From positions 8,321 to 72,320 of the IMG/VR virus record IMGVR_UViG_3300031998_000058: a stretch of 64,000 nt of DNA, one strand, 5' to 3'. The notes beneath the pieces were generated by a model. It had not been told where the DNA came from. It made no database searches and saw only the letters and a list, made by a program, of their open reading frames with translations. The DNA is from a virus (Duplodnaviria > Caudoviricetes). Position numbers and translations under genes: made by a program. This document shows positions 29,883 to 39,541 of the stretch, in pieces (the stretch's first letter is position 1; the number at the start of each line of letters is the position of its first letter).

Positions 29883-31106
29883 TTAGATCGATGTCTGGCC
29901 TACCTTATCTGCGAATACAGCAGCAATCTCAAGCGCGACTGTCATGTTCGCACCGATCATGCCGTCACCGTTACGCATCGGGTCGAACTCGATGGTGATC
30001 GGAGTGACTGTGTTCATCGCAATCTTGAACGGCTTCCTTGCGTTGGAAGCGAGGATCCAGATTTTGTTTGTCGGAAGCAGTGTGGTTACTGCATCGTTCT
30101 GCGTTCCGGGAACCACTGCGTCTACGAGGGGCATCAGTTTGACGCCCATATATTTTCCGAGATATCCGCTGTTCACATACTCCTGGCCGAGAAGAGTAGC
30201 GATAGCAGCATCCATATCAGCATTCGTGGTGCCAGTAGCTTCCTTCGGAAGGACCTTTGACAGAGCTACAAGTCCGCCCCATGCAACAAGGTTTCCGATA
30301 CCGGTCTGGTTAACAGCGCTCAGCTTGTTCGCCAGGGTTACCCAGTTAACAGAGCTGAACGTAGTCGTAAGACCACTGGGAATAAGGGTCGCATCTGCTG
30401 AAGCAGTTGTCAGAGCCGCAACGAACATGCCCATCGTCTTCGCGTAAAGTCCAGCAGTAAGATTCGCGAAGAAACGTCCGAAGTCCATATCGTTAGAGAT
30501 CAGCTGCGTCCATTTGAATTTGAGCGCTGCGCTTCTCGGTTTCGGGTTCATGGTGATGTCCTGTGCGTACAGGGTGTTATCCGGCACGTTCCTGATTGCG
30601 CCCCAGGAAGAATCCTGAAATACTACAATGTCATTTGATGTGACGGTAACAGAAGCAGTCTCACCAAATCCTACCGGAATGACATCAGCAAACGGAGCAA
30701 CCGCTTCGGAATAAACTCTCGGCATGATGGGGCTTTCAATCTCTTCATAGAGGCTCTGGAGCACTTTGAAGAAATCTCTGTTTGTGTAGAACTTCATGCT
30801 CTGGCGCTTGAAGTCTTCATAGGTTTCAGGAGCAGCAGCTCCAACCTGATTGCAGGCTACCTTGGCTGCATAAAGCAGATGTTTCGCCTGGAACTTCTCG
30901 TTGTAGTCTCTGTAGTCTCCGTCAGAGATCATGGAGACACCCGATGTATCCGCGGTATGCAGAGCGTTGCACATAAGTTTTGCACCCTTACGGGAATGCT
31001 CTGTCATGAGGATACGTCCCATTGTGACCAGCTCGTCACGCTCCGGATCCTGGCTGTTGACAAGAAACAGTTTGCTTGAAATGTTGTTAAAAGCTAATTT
31101 TGTCAT
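29883..31106 (-). CDS. Major capsid protein
   Basis: 407 aa, after protease and decoration genes; strong RBS; downstream hairpin near 29818-29841. Confidence 0.7.
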   Translation of the reverse strand: MTKLAFNNISSKLFLVNSQDPERDELVTMGRILMTEHSRKGAKLMCNALHTADTSGVSMISDGDYRDYNEKFQAKHLLYAAKVACNQVGAAAPETYEDFKRQSMKFYTNRDFFKVLQSLYEEIESPIMPRVYSEAVAPFADVIPVGFGETASVTVTSNDIVVFQDSSWGAIRNVPDNTLYAQDITMNPKPRSAALKFKWTQLISNDMDFGRFFANLTAGLYAKTMGMFVAALTTASADATLIPSGLTTTFSSVNWVTLANKLSAVNQTGIGNLVAWGGLVALSKVLPKEATGTTNADMDAAIATLLGQEYVNSGYLGKYMGVKLMPLVDAVVPGTQNDAVTTLLPTNKIWILASNARKPFKIAMNTVTPITIEFDPMRNGDGMIGANMTVALEIAAVFADKVGQTSI

Positions 31107-31124
31107 TGTTCACACACTCCTTTC

Positions 31125-31706
31125 TCAGCTGCCCACAGACACTTTGCATGCCTTGACATCAATGTATGCGAAGGACTTGCGTGAGCCTTTGGTGAAGTAT
31201 CCGCTGCCGACCTTCTCGAAGTAGATCGAACCTGCAGCTGTCGGTGCGCTGGCTTCCTTCTTCAGGAAACCGCCGTCGATGCTGAAGTATGTGCCGGTCG
31301 CGTCGTCCGCGTTGCCTGCGCCAAAGCGATAAACATTGATGTTGTCGAATCTAACCAGAGTGAAGGTATCGGTATCGCCGGCGTTGATGCCAAGACCAAG
31401 GGTCTCATGGCCGATGTGATACCTGTTGTTTCCACCCTGGAGCATCTGCGACTCATAGGGGTTGCACGCATAGATCGGGGTGTCGATGTTCGCATCGGAA
31501 GTAGCGGCATTCATGATGTATGCGTTTTCGTTGTAAATTCCGGCAAAGCCTTCGCAGGGAAGCAGGCCGTTCGTCACACAAAGTGTTCCGGCACTGCAGT
31601 CAGCAGGATCATCACTGACCTTGTACAGACCTGTCACGTTGCAAAGCTTGTCCCATTCATTGTTTGAAACTCTCGCTTCAAAAGCGGTATTTGCTGTAAA
31701 TGACAT
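31125..31706 (-). CDS. Head decoration/cement-like protein
   Basis: 193 aa between scaffold/protease and capsid; assigned by position. Confidence 0.45.
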   Translation of the reverse strand: MSFTANTAFEARVSNNEWDKLCNVTGLYKVSDDPADCSAGTLCVTNGLLPCEGFAGIYNENAYIMNAATSDANIDTPIYACNPYESQMLQGGNNRYHIGHETLGLGINAGDTDTFTLVRFDNINVYRFGAGNADDATGTYFSIDGGFLKKEASAPTAAGSIYFEKVGSGYFTKGSRKSFAYIDVKACKVSVGS

Positions 31707-31724
31707 ATCTCATTACTCCTTTAC

Positions 31725-33170
31725 TCAAATTTTTTCAGCTTTCCATTTGGCCAGCAGTGATGCTACGTCATTCGCCTTGGCCGGATCTTCCTTGGCCATA
31801 TCCCACAGATACTGGGACTGCGCTTTAGCAGCGTTTCTGGCAACGGCAGCCTTGTCGAACTCCATGACTGCAGCGGCGCATTTCGCTAATACTGCATTGC
31901 AGACAGCTTCTTCTCCGCACCAGTCGCCTTCACCATTGATACACTCGGTATAAGCGCCGGCATCAACCGCGGCGTTGATATCGTCAAGAATCGCTTCGTT
32001 GACTTTCTCTTCGCGGTTCGCGTTGAATTTAGCAAGTGCTTCTTTTGCTGCCGCTTTAGCTGCTTTCAGCCTGCGTCTCTTTTCCGCAGCCTCCATTGAT
32101 TCAAGGCTTTCTTCTGCTGTGGTCAGCTTTTCCTTTGTAGCAGTAAGTTCGGTGTTTGCTTTTACGAGGTTCGCGCTCAGCATGGCGGTGAGCACGTCAG
32201 ACTCAATATCAATGTGCTCTTCGCCAAACGCGAACTGCACATATAAATCGACATCCGTGATCTTCTTCGGATCAATCATCGCGTCCATGCTGTCCATCGT
32301 ATAAGTAGCAGTCGATCCATCAGCAGCCATCAGACAAACATGGATGCCTGCGTCGTTCCGGCCTGCTGCAAGAACGGTGTACCCCTCGAACTTAGGTGCT
32401 AAATCGGCAACCTGTTTCTTCGTGAATACCTGCATCGTTGATTCTCCTTTACGATTTAATTGTGTTTGCGGCTTTTTGGTTTCTGTGCCTTCATCCGGTT
32501 CTTTGTTCTCTCCCGGATCGACAGTGACGTTATCATCGTCTTCATCGTCATCGTCTTCGGCATTTATTAATGAAGCGGCCCGGAGCTTCAGCTCCTGGAA
32601 CTCACTTTCAATCTCTTGTAACGCTTTGATATTTGCGCCTGGGATCGCAGGTGCTACACCCGATCCGAGAATAGTGACGCCGATTATGTTATAGTTGGTA
32701 AACACCTCTACATTCGGATCGTCTTGATCTATATGACCCTCTATAACCTCCGTCTCTACCGAAACTTCCATAACACCTTGTCGCTTGATATACTCCACTA
32801 ATTCATGAGCGTAAAAATCAAACAAACGACCTTCTGCGACCAACCAGGTCTCACCATCTTCTTCTATAAGTTTCAAATCCTTTGGGTCGTCACTAATGGT
32901 TCCCACCACTTGTTCCAATCCAGGCTTGCTTATGAAGCTGTAGTATTTTTCTCCGTTGGCATCTATGCGCTCCTCCATAAGGTGGCCGTCACCAATGCGT
33001 CCGCCCGGAAAAGCGCATAATATTGGGCATCCAAGGGCAGACATGTAATGCTCGTCTAAGTTCTGGTAATTCCATTTATTCCTGTTAAGTCCAGAGCGCA
33101 TCATTCTCAGCGAAACTCCAAACTCATACTTGTTTAGTTTTTGTGTGATTCTTAACTCCGCTATTGCCAT
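31725..33170 (-). CDS. Prohead protease/scaffold protein
   Basis: N-domain with GH..., MEVSVETEV and GVTILG..V.PAI..A motifs; acidic linker and helical C-terminus. Probable start MAIAELR (the ORF-track start lies in the terminator). Confidence 0.65.
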   Translation of the reverse strand: MAIAELRITQKLNKYEFGVSLRMMRSGLNRNKWNYQNLDEHYMSALGCPILCAFPGGRIGDGHLMEERIDANGEKYYSFISKPGLEQVVGTISDDPKDLKLIEEDGETWLVAEGRLFDFYAHELVEYIKRQGVMEVSVETEVIEGHIDQDDPNVEVFTNYNIIGVTILGSGVAPAIPGANIKALQEIESEFQELKLRAASLINAEDDDDEDDDNVTVDPGENKEPDEGTETKKPQTQLNRKGESTMQVFTKKQVADLAPKFEGYTVLAAGRNDAGIHVCLMAADGSTATYTMDSMDAMIDPKKITDVDLYVQFAFGEEHIDIESDVLTAMLSANLVKANTELTATKEKLTTAEESLESMEAAEKRRRLKAAKAAAKEALAKFNANREEKVNEAILDDINAAVDAGAYTECINGEGDWCGEEAVCNAVLAKCAAAVMEFDKAAVARNAAKAQSQYLWDMAKEDPAKANDVASLLAKWKAEKI

Positions 33171-33219
33171 ATGACTTGTGCCTTTCTGAATCTGTTCTCC
33201 TATCACTGGATAATTTTTC

Positions 33220-33292
33220 AAAAACAAAAGGACTCAGAAACACACCCTGTGTTTCTAAGCCCTTGTTGGCTATTCTGCCCATCTCGTTATGA
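33220..33292 (-). promoter_or_regulatory. Attenuator copy 3
   Basis: TCAT-AACGAG-ATGG, spacer GCAGAAT, AGCC-AACAAG-GGCT, terminator GGGCTTAGAAACAC...GTGTTTCTGAGTCC followed by TTTTGTTTTT. Confidence 0.85.
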
Positions 33293-33303
33293 ACAGTAAT
33301 TAT

Positions 33304-33483
33304 TTAGTTTCTCTGTTTACCTCTTCCGCACGGCGGCGTTTCGAATTCTTTTTTTCTCGCTATCCTCACGTTCTCCTCGAATATCAGTGTGCGATACGAA
33401 GTCCGTGTAATTCTGACGTCAGCGTGCTTGGCCAATATTTGGTTGATGACCGGCAAATCTTCTGCGCCTATGTATTCTCGCAT
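33304..33483 (-). CDS. Small 59-aa protein (not in the ORF track) ending 11 nt before attenuator 3
   Basis: GAGGGG RBS 7 nt before ATG; MREYIGAEDLPVINQILAKHADVRITRTSYRTLIFEENVRIARKKEFETPPCGRGKQRN*. Confidence 0.55.
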   Translation of the reverse strand: MREYIGAEDLPVINQILAKHADVRITRTSYRTLIFEENVRIARKKEFETPPCGRGKQRN

Positions 33484-33494
33484 TCATTGTCCCC

Positions 33495-35294
33495 TCAACC
33501 ACCATAACTATCCTGATCTTTTTCCTGGCCTTCACTGGTAATCCCTTCGCTCTGCGGTCTCCCACCCTCATCTCTTGTGGGGTCTGCATTCGGATCCGTG
33601 ATTTTTCCGTGTGGCGGCAATCCAGATCCTTCCGGTGATCCGCTGAACGATGTCACAAGCGGCAGTCTCTTATCCAGTATTCCGCTTTCGTATATCGCAT
33701 CGCTCCAGGCAATATCTTCAATGATGCTTCTGTCGTTCAGTGCATTCAGCATCATGTTAGCCGGCAGGATGCCGAGCGTCATTTCTTTTCTCGCCTCTTC
33801 CCTGAGACGTTCATCTGATTCCAGGTCACCAAACATGTAAAATCTAAAGTCGTATTTAAGATTCAGGTTATCGATGACGCTGTTCATCATCCGTTCCATG
33901 CAACGATAAATTGTTTTGGAGAACTGCGACTCTATCTTCAGTGATATCTGTGCCAGACCAGACCTTGCATCTGATGTAGTGGGGATAATTCCTCCCAGTC
34001 CGGCTTTATTCATCGTGTCCTGGTATCCCTGAGATACAATGTTCGTAGCGCCTGGAGCTTCCGGAAGAGTCTCCATCCGCATGTTCTTAAATGGTGCTGA
34101 GTATATTCCTATGCCACTGGTATTGTTCATGTTTAAGGTGTTGTACCACAAAGCCTCAAACATCATTCGTCCAGCATTACTAAGCTTGTACTGATCCTCT
34201 GTATATGAATCCTTGTTCTCATAATACGGTATCTCACCGGTCAAAATGGCTATCAATGGATTCTGGAGGAGCTCAAGCTGAAGGCTTTCCAGCTGCGACA
34301 GCTGAAGCATATCAAGAAGCAGGCCCGTGAAAGGTGTTGCAACATCACGCGATACATCGTCTATCTCAAACGTAAAGACCTTATCTACCGGCAGCGTTAC
34401 CCAATAGAACCATCTTCCATTCTGGCAATATACATCTGCATCCGGCTTACGCTCTGCAAGCTTTACTATGTTGATAGAATTTCCGCCCGCATAGACTATT
34501 TTGCTTCCTACGCCACGCGGTATTTCTTCCAGACTCATATCATAATCTTCAAGATACGGCAGGAACAAATCGCCAAACTGTCTGGGATCCGTCCCGTATT
34601 GCGAAAAGTACATCATGTCAAAAGCCACAGTGTACTTGGATATATTGTTGTATCCTACTATCTTCGTCCAATCACTCGGAAGCTGCTGCAGGAATGCGTG
34701 ATTAACCTTGTTATGAGCTTTATCAACACTGTATCTCGGCGTGTAAAAAACCTTTCCCTCTTGTAGCGACTGTCCGGCTATCTGGTGTGTATAAGACTTG
34801 ATATCAAATGTTGTGCGAAGCTTCTCTAACAGTTTCCACTCACGCCAGAAGTCGGGTTTTGCTGCATCTTCTTTCTCTGTGAGATACGGAGCTACATAGC
34901 TGTGATAGGTTAAAAGATTCTGATATACGACTCTCGTATGGAAGAATGGATACGACGGGCTTTCGAGCCAGTGTACGGCCTGTCTGATTTCTTTCTCGTT
35001 GGAATCAACATCGTCCAACATTGACTCCACTTGGCTTTTCTTGAACTTCCGCGCCATCGATGATATGTGTTTGGCGCGACGATTCTGTGCATATGGATCC
35101 CGATTCCCAAGTGCTCCAGTTCCGGCCGCGATTCCAAAGGCCGCGACAAGCCGATCATACGGCATATCACCATATTGTTTGGACAGTTCTTGAACTCGCC
35201 TGGTTATTTCAGGAAAGCTCGCATACTTCAAACTGTTAAGTTCGGTCTCTACGTTAACCCTGTCCATCCTTTGCCTTTTCTTCCCGTAATGCAT
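33495..35294 (-). CDS. Portal protein
   Basis: About 590 aa directly after TerL; acidic/Pro-rich tail; layout reminiscent of SPbeta-type head modules. Confidence 0.7.
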   Translation of the reverse strand: MHYGKKRQRMDRVNVETELNSLKYASFPEITRRVQELSKQYGDMPYDRLVAAFGIAAGTGALGNRDPYAQNRRAKHISSMARKFKKSQVESMLDDVDSNEKEIRQAVHWLESPSYPFFHTRVVYQNLLTYHSYVAPYLTEKEDAAKPDFWREWKLLEKLRTTFDIKSYTHQIAGQSLQEGKVFYTPRYSVDKAHNKVNHAFLQQLPSDWTKIVGYNNISKYTVAFDMMYFSQYGTDPRQFGDLFLPYLEDYDMSLEEIPRGVGSKIVYAGGNSINIVKLAERKPDADVYCQNGRWFYWVTLPVDKVFTFEIDDVSRDVATPFTGLLLDMLQLSQLESLQLELLQNPLIAILTGEIPYYENKDSYTEDQYKLSNAGRMMFEALWYNTLNMNNTSGIGIYSAPFKNMRMETLPEAPGATNIVSQGYQDTMNKAGLGGIIPTTSDARSGLAQISLKIESQFSKTIYRCMERMMNSVIDNLNLKYDFRFYMFGDLESDERLREEARKEMTLGILPANMMLNALNDRSIIEDIAWSDAIYESGILDKRLPLVTSFSGSPEGSGLPPHGKITDPNADPTRDEGGRPQSEGITSEGQEKDQDSYGG

Positions 35295-35598
35295 TCTCCA
35301 GACGGTCCACCATCAACACCATATCATTCGATATTTGTTCACGGTGCTTTGCTGTCTCTTCAGCAATAATCACCGTATTGCAGTCTAAGAGCCAACGCAC
35401 ATCATCATCTGTCAAATAGCTAAGTTCACTTTCGCTTATTGTATTGTAGCATTTATTATATTTCTTTTTGTATCCCTTTACGTAAAATAAGATATATGTA
35501 GGGGTAATCCGATAAAATCTTTCGTCCTGAACCACCTCTATGTTCTCCATTGTGGTTTCAAGCGCGTACAATCGATACCTCACTTTTCTCTTACTCAT
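35254..35598 (-). CDS. Hypothetical protein between TerL and portal
   Basis: 114-aa ORF overlapping both neighbours. Confidence 0.55.
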   Translation of the reverse strand: MSKRKVRYRLYALETTMENIEVVQDERFYRITPTYILFYVKGYKKKYNKCYNTISESELSYLTDDDVRWLLDCNTVIIAEETAKHREQISNDMVLMVDRLENALREEKAKDGQG

Positions 35599-37429
35599 AA
35601 TGTCGCCCTCCCATTCTGCGAGTTATCATGCGTCCACTGCCGCCTCCTGCCGGCATGACTATTCCTCCATTCTGATATTTCTCAAGCTCCTTTGCCCAAT
35701 CACTTGTGCTTTTTTGTTTTACTAAATACAGACGTTCCAGTTTCTGTGCAAAACGCAGAGCATACTTCAGGGCCGACCAGCTATCTCTCTGGATTGAAGG
35801 TGTGATCCTTCGTTCGCTTATTCCGTTCCCAGACGGTACTTGTTTCAGGTTCTGGATCTGACTGACGAGCTCCTTTGTTTTTTTGAACGGCTTTGCTATG
35901 GCCACATCCGCATAATCATCTTTAATCCGGTGATATTGTTTATATGTTTTAACGCCTTCTGCTTCATCCGATGTCAGTAACTGTACATTGTGGTTCGCAA
36001 ATTGAGTCTGTGCATTACGGACCATTTCACTGTCAGGATCCGTTGCTCCTGCTCCACCTGCTTTGATCGGGTAGATGATCGGAATTGCGCCTTCCAGTTC
36101 GTAAGGTACGTATTGATCATGGTCATAAATACACAAAGGATTCAGACCGTCTCCCAGGTCTTGCATCAAGCTTTCTATGACCGCTTTTCCGTAAGCCCAT
36201 CCGTCTACAACAATATATGTTTCTGATCCTTCGTAACAAAACCGATACCATATCTCTTTCAGCTTCCTTGCCTGAAGCATCGCATCCATTGGCGCCCAAT
36301 CATCCAGCCACACAAGCTGTTTCAAATACTTGTCTCTCTTAAACCAGTCTTTCTGCTTTGTACATTTCACCACTCCACAAGCGCATTTTGCATTCATGAT
36401 CGAGTCTTCATACGAAACGTCATAAGCAACAATGTAAATGACGTCTTTCGGCTTTATCTTATTATCACGGTCTTTGCAACAATGGTGTTCTTCCATCAGG
36501 AGCAGGTTGCGGCTTTCTGCCAGGTCTTCTTCCCGAATGATGGGATTCTCCGAGGATCCTGTGTATCGACTGCACATCTCACGCATCCATTCGCTTGCTG
36601 TGGAATCCGCTTTACGCTGCATAGCCCATTCATAAGACCTCATTTGGGACAGTACGATTACTTCCCATGGTATGTCCATGACAAATGCTTTTTCGTTTGG
36701 ATTATGCGCAATCATCAGTTTTAAATGATTCCTGCGTGAAAGATATGCTGGATTCAACTTGCTTGTGGCCGAAGTGATGGAGTGCTGTTGAAACTTAATA
36801 AAGTTCGGATCCTCTTTCTTTCCTACTCTGTACTTGTTTCGAACAGCATACAAAACAACGGTTGAATACTCTTTATGGTCAAACGCAGGGTTTTCTTCCT
36901 GGGCATACTCTTCTGCAGTAACGTCATGGATATTTTTCCCTCGAACGGCATTGATTGTAATACGTGAGTTATATTGCGTATATATCTCCCAGTTATCGTT
37001 AGCTTCATGTTTTATCTTGTAATGGCTGGCGATTACCGGGTAATCTCGTGTAAGATCAGCGAATGCCGTAGCAGCAAGTTCTGCCTGCTGTTTGTACGAC
37101 GGGCCATAATAAGACGATTTAATCCCAAGCCACATCAAATTATGCGCAGATTTTTGAAAGATTTTGCATGTGGTCTTCGTGGCAGAACGACACCCTGTAA
37201 TATCAACGTATTGATTTCTTTCAAACGCACGGATCATGACCCTTTGTATCAGTTCCCACTGGTACTGCGCTTCGTCACTTCTAAAGATGTCTCCCATTAC
37301 GTCCGGATACCATCGGAAAAAGCTGATAAGAAAGAACCACGCATCTGTAATATAGTCATCATATTCTCGTTCCTGTACGTCTTTCTTGGCCTTTCCTCTT
37401 GTAGCACGCCATACTTTCTTTAAAGCCAT
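35591..37429 (-). CDS. Terminase large subunit
   Basis: Walker A-like GCRSATKT, Walker B-like TAEEY, nuclease motifs AYDVS, VVDGW.YG and RDSWSA. Confidence 0.8.
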   Translation of the reverse strand: MALKKVWRATRGKAKKDVQEREYDDYITDAWFFLISFFRWYPDVMGDIFRSDEAQYQWELIQRVMIRAFERNQYVDITGCRSATKTTCKIFQKSAHNLMWLGIKSSYYGPSYKQQAELAATAFADLTRDYPVIASHYKIKHEANDNWEIYTQYNSRITINAVRGKNIHDVTAEEYAQEENPAFDHKEYSTVVLYAVRNKYRVGKKEDPNFIKFQQHSITSATSKLNPAYLSRRNHLKLMIAHNPNEKAFVMDIPWEVIVLSQMRSYEWAMQRKADSTASEWMREMCSRYTGSSENPIIREEDLAESRNLLLMEEHHCCKDRDNKIKPKDVIYIVAYDVSYEDSIMNAKCACGVVKCTKQKDWFKRDKYLKQLVWLDDWAPMDAMLQARKLKEIWYRFCYEGSETYIVVDGWAYGKAVIESLMQDLGDGLNPLCIYDHDQYVPYELEGAIPIIYPIKAGGAGATDPDSEMVRNAQTQFANHNVQLLTSDEAEGVKTYKQYHRIKDDYADVAIAKPFKKTKELVSQIQNLKQVPSGNGISERRITPSIQRDSWSALKYALRFAQKLERLYLVKQKSTSDWAKELEKYQNGGIVMPAGGGSGRMITRRMGGRHYE

Positions 37430-37454
37430 TCTTGTTTCCTCCGAGTCTACTTAC

Positions 37455-37528
37455 ACAAAAAGACTAACACGCTTTGGCATTTCAAAGCGTATTAGCCCTT
37501 GTTGGCTGTTCCCGCACCCGCGTTGGTA
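37455..37528 (-). promoter_or_regulatory. Attenuator copy 4
   Basis: TACC-AACGCG-GGTG, spacer CGGGAAC, AGCC-AACAAG-GGCT, terminator GGCTAATACGCTTTG...CAAAGCGTGTTAGTC followed by TTTTT. Confidence 0.85.
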
Positions 37529-37552
37529 CGAGCAACTATATATTTTTGATTC

Positions 37553-38410
37553 TTACCGTTCTCTTACTATCCCCAGTTGCTGATATGTTCTTTCCTCAGT
37601 TTCGTTAGGCTCATCTGCGAATTCACATATGACATTCTCATCAAACTTCAGGTCTTCTCTCAACTCTGCTGTCTCCGGTAGATTGTCGTTCGCATACATG
37701 TTATTCTGTATCATGTGCAGCATCTGGTCTGCTGCATCTATGGTGTACGGATATTTCTGAGACGGCTGACCACCAAGCGCACCGAGGCGCCTAAGCAGCT
37801 GCTCCTGTACTTCCTCGCAAGATAATAACTTTCCTCTGCGCATAAGCCCTGCCTTTGTCAAGGCATCAACAATACTGTCCAGCTTCAGTTCTTCAACCGG
37901 CTTTGTATCCTTCTTTCTGAGCTGTTCTGCAGCCAGCCTGTCCTGTATAGTCTTATTGATTTGTGAGTACATGTTGATGTCATCTTTGGTTCCTCTTTCT
38001 CGACAGTGTTCCGCAAACAGTTGATCCTGACAGGTGGCACGCAGAACATACTCTGCCTGAACGTCCATTCCACCGGACTTCAGCTGACGATCCGCATACA
38101 TCTCAAACAGCTCATCTAAACGTCGATAGTCATCTTCTGTGTAGGGATTTGTTTTGCCTCCCGTCCCCCAGGTCATAGCCCAGCGTTCTTCATCATCCAT
38201 ATTATCTTTCAAAATAGTCTTAATATTAGTTTCGCCATCAAGAAATATCTTCTCACGTTGTTTCGCGTAATACTCTTCAAAGGTATCATACTGTACTTTG
38301 CTGCTATATTTTACATTGAACACTGCGCAAAAACAAAATAGTGCAACATCTTCCCCTATGTCTTCTGCCAGTATTTGAAAGCGTTTATCGCGCCATGTTA
38401 TACCGTCCAT
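37553..38410 (-). CDS. Putative terminase small subunit
   Basis: 285 aa immediately upstream of TerL; assigned by position. Confidence 0.5.
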   Translation of the reverse strand: MDGITWRDKRFQILAEDIGEDVALFCFCAVFNVKYSSKVQYDTFEEYYAKQREKIFLDGETNIKTILKDNMDDEERWAMTWGTGGKTNPYTEDDYRRLDELFEMYADRQLKSGGMDVQAEYVLRATCQDQLFAEHCRERGTKDDINMYSQINKTIQDRLAAEQLRKKDTKPVEELKLDSIVDALTKAGLMRRGKLLSCEEVQEQLLRRLGALGGQPSQKYPYTIDAADQMLHMIQNNMYANDNLPETAELREDLKFDENVICEFADEPNETEERTYQQLGIVRER

Positions 38411-38441
38411 TATGTCCTCCGTGTTTTCTGTAATGGTATTC

Positions 38442-38693
38442 TCAATTCTCGTGTTCTCTTCTCTGTTTGCTGAGTTCTTCTAAATATCTAAGAACGCCAA
38501 CCGCCAAATGTTCCCCTAATCTTCCGTGACTATGACATATCTGCTTATAATCTTGTAAAAGGAATCTCCACGCATCATCATCCGTTTGTGTGATCCGATA
38601 ATACTTCTTGAGCAATTCCCATGATGCTGTGAACGCATCCTGCTCTGCCGGAATATCTTTTGCACTCACTGTCAATGATCGATATTGTTTCAT
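38442..38693 (-). CDS. Hypothetical protein
   Basis: 83-aa ORF in the co-oriented chain. Confidence 0.5.
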   Translation of the reverse strand: MKQYRSLTVSAKDIPAEQDAFTASWELLKKYYRITQTDDDAWRFLLQDYKQICHSHGRLGEHLAVGVLRYLEELSKQRREHEN

Positions 38694-38875
38694 AAGTTCC
38701 CTTTACAAGTCCTCGTATTTATTGATTCTTCTTCTGCTTCCCAGTCTATACATGAGTCATCATACCCGGTCCAGTCAGAACAATACTCGCTTTCATTATT
38801 CACACATACCCAGTATCCGCTTTCTGTTCTTTTATGCCACTTGCAGCATCCGCATATTTGATCCGAATCACGCAT
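38690..38875 (-). CDS. Small Cys-rich protein
   Basis: CGCCKWH...CVN..SEYC..W....DSC.DWE. Confidence 0.55.
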   Translation of the reverse strand: MRDSDQICGCCKWHKRTESGYWVCVNNESEYCSDWTGYDDSCIDWEAEEESINTRTCKGNL

Positions 38876-38887
38876 GGTAATATCCTC

Positions 38888-39538
38888 CTATGAGATTTCT
38901 TTCGCTTCTTTCATTTCTTTGAATGCTTTCGCTATGATAGCAATATCCACTCCCATATCATCTGCTATCCAGGAAAGGCTTTTTCCAGCGTCGTACAAAG
39001 CTTTTATACGTCCTCTATCCAGTTCCTCCTGCGCACTCTCTTGCTTATCTTTCGTTATGCCGATTCGTTTGAGAGTATTTGTTACATTTGCAGGTGTGCA
39101 CCCAAGCTCCCTTGCTATCTCGGTGGTCCCCTTGCCGCTTTTGTACAGTTCCACCATTCTCTCTTTGCTGATTCCTTTGCTGGATCTTGACTGTTTTACC
39201 GGATCATGCACGCCTTCTTCATCGGTATCCTGGATTGTATCGAATGTTTCCAGTTCACAAAGGAAAGCACAGTTGCAAGCCACGTGCCAGAGTATCGGAA
39301 GACCACTTTCTTCATCCAGACCATGTGGGTTGTCCAGGTAGGCCATCCAGTGGCGATACATGGCATCACGATATCGTTGAATATCTACGCGCTTCCAATT
39401 GTCAACACCTCCATCCGGATACTTCATCATTCCGAATCGACGCACTTCTGCAATATCCCATATCATTTTTCTCGGTACAGCTGTCAGCATGAGTTTCCCT
39501 GCATCTGCTTTAGCTGTCTGGTCTCTGTCTTTATCCAT
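38888..39538 (-). CDS. DUF5664-like dATP/dGTP diphosphohydrolase fused to two HTH-like domains
   Basis: AKADAGK...FG..KY...NW...RYRDA.YRH...ESGLP.LWH.ACN..FL, then two Y..G....EIA..LG-type HTH segments. Confidence 0.7.
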   Translation of the reverse strand: MDKDRDQTAKADAGKLMLTAVPRKMIWDIAEVRRFGMMKYPDGGVDNWKRVDIQRYRDAMYRHWMAYLDNPHGLDEESGLPILWHVACNCAFLCELETFDTIQDTDEEGVHDPVKQSRSSKGISKERMVELYKSGKGTTEIARELGCTPANVTNTLKRIGITKDKQESAQEELDRGRIKALYDAGKSLSWIADDMGVDIAIIAKAFKEMKEAKEIS

Positions 39539-39541
39539 GTA

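Noticed and set aside
33317-33360. Lambda-N-like arginine-rich tail (RKKRIRNAAVRKR) for the small ORF
   Set aside because: That reading needs A8, but the tract at 33349-33355 is A7, so the real frame ends RKKEFETPPCGRGKQRN.
38888-39538. 2-aminoadenine (dZ) genome
   Set aside because: A DUF5664-like domain is present, but no PurZ/adenylosuccinate-synthetase homolog is seen in the window.
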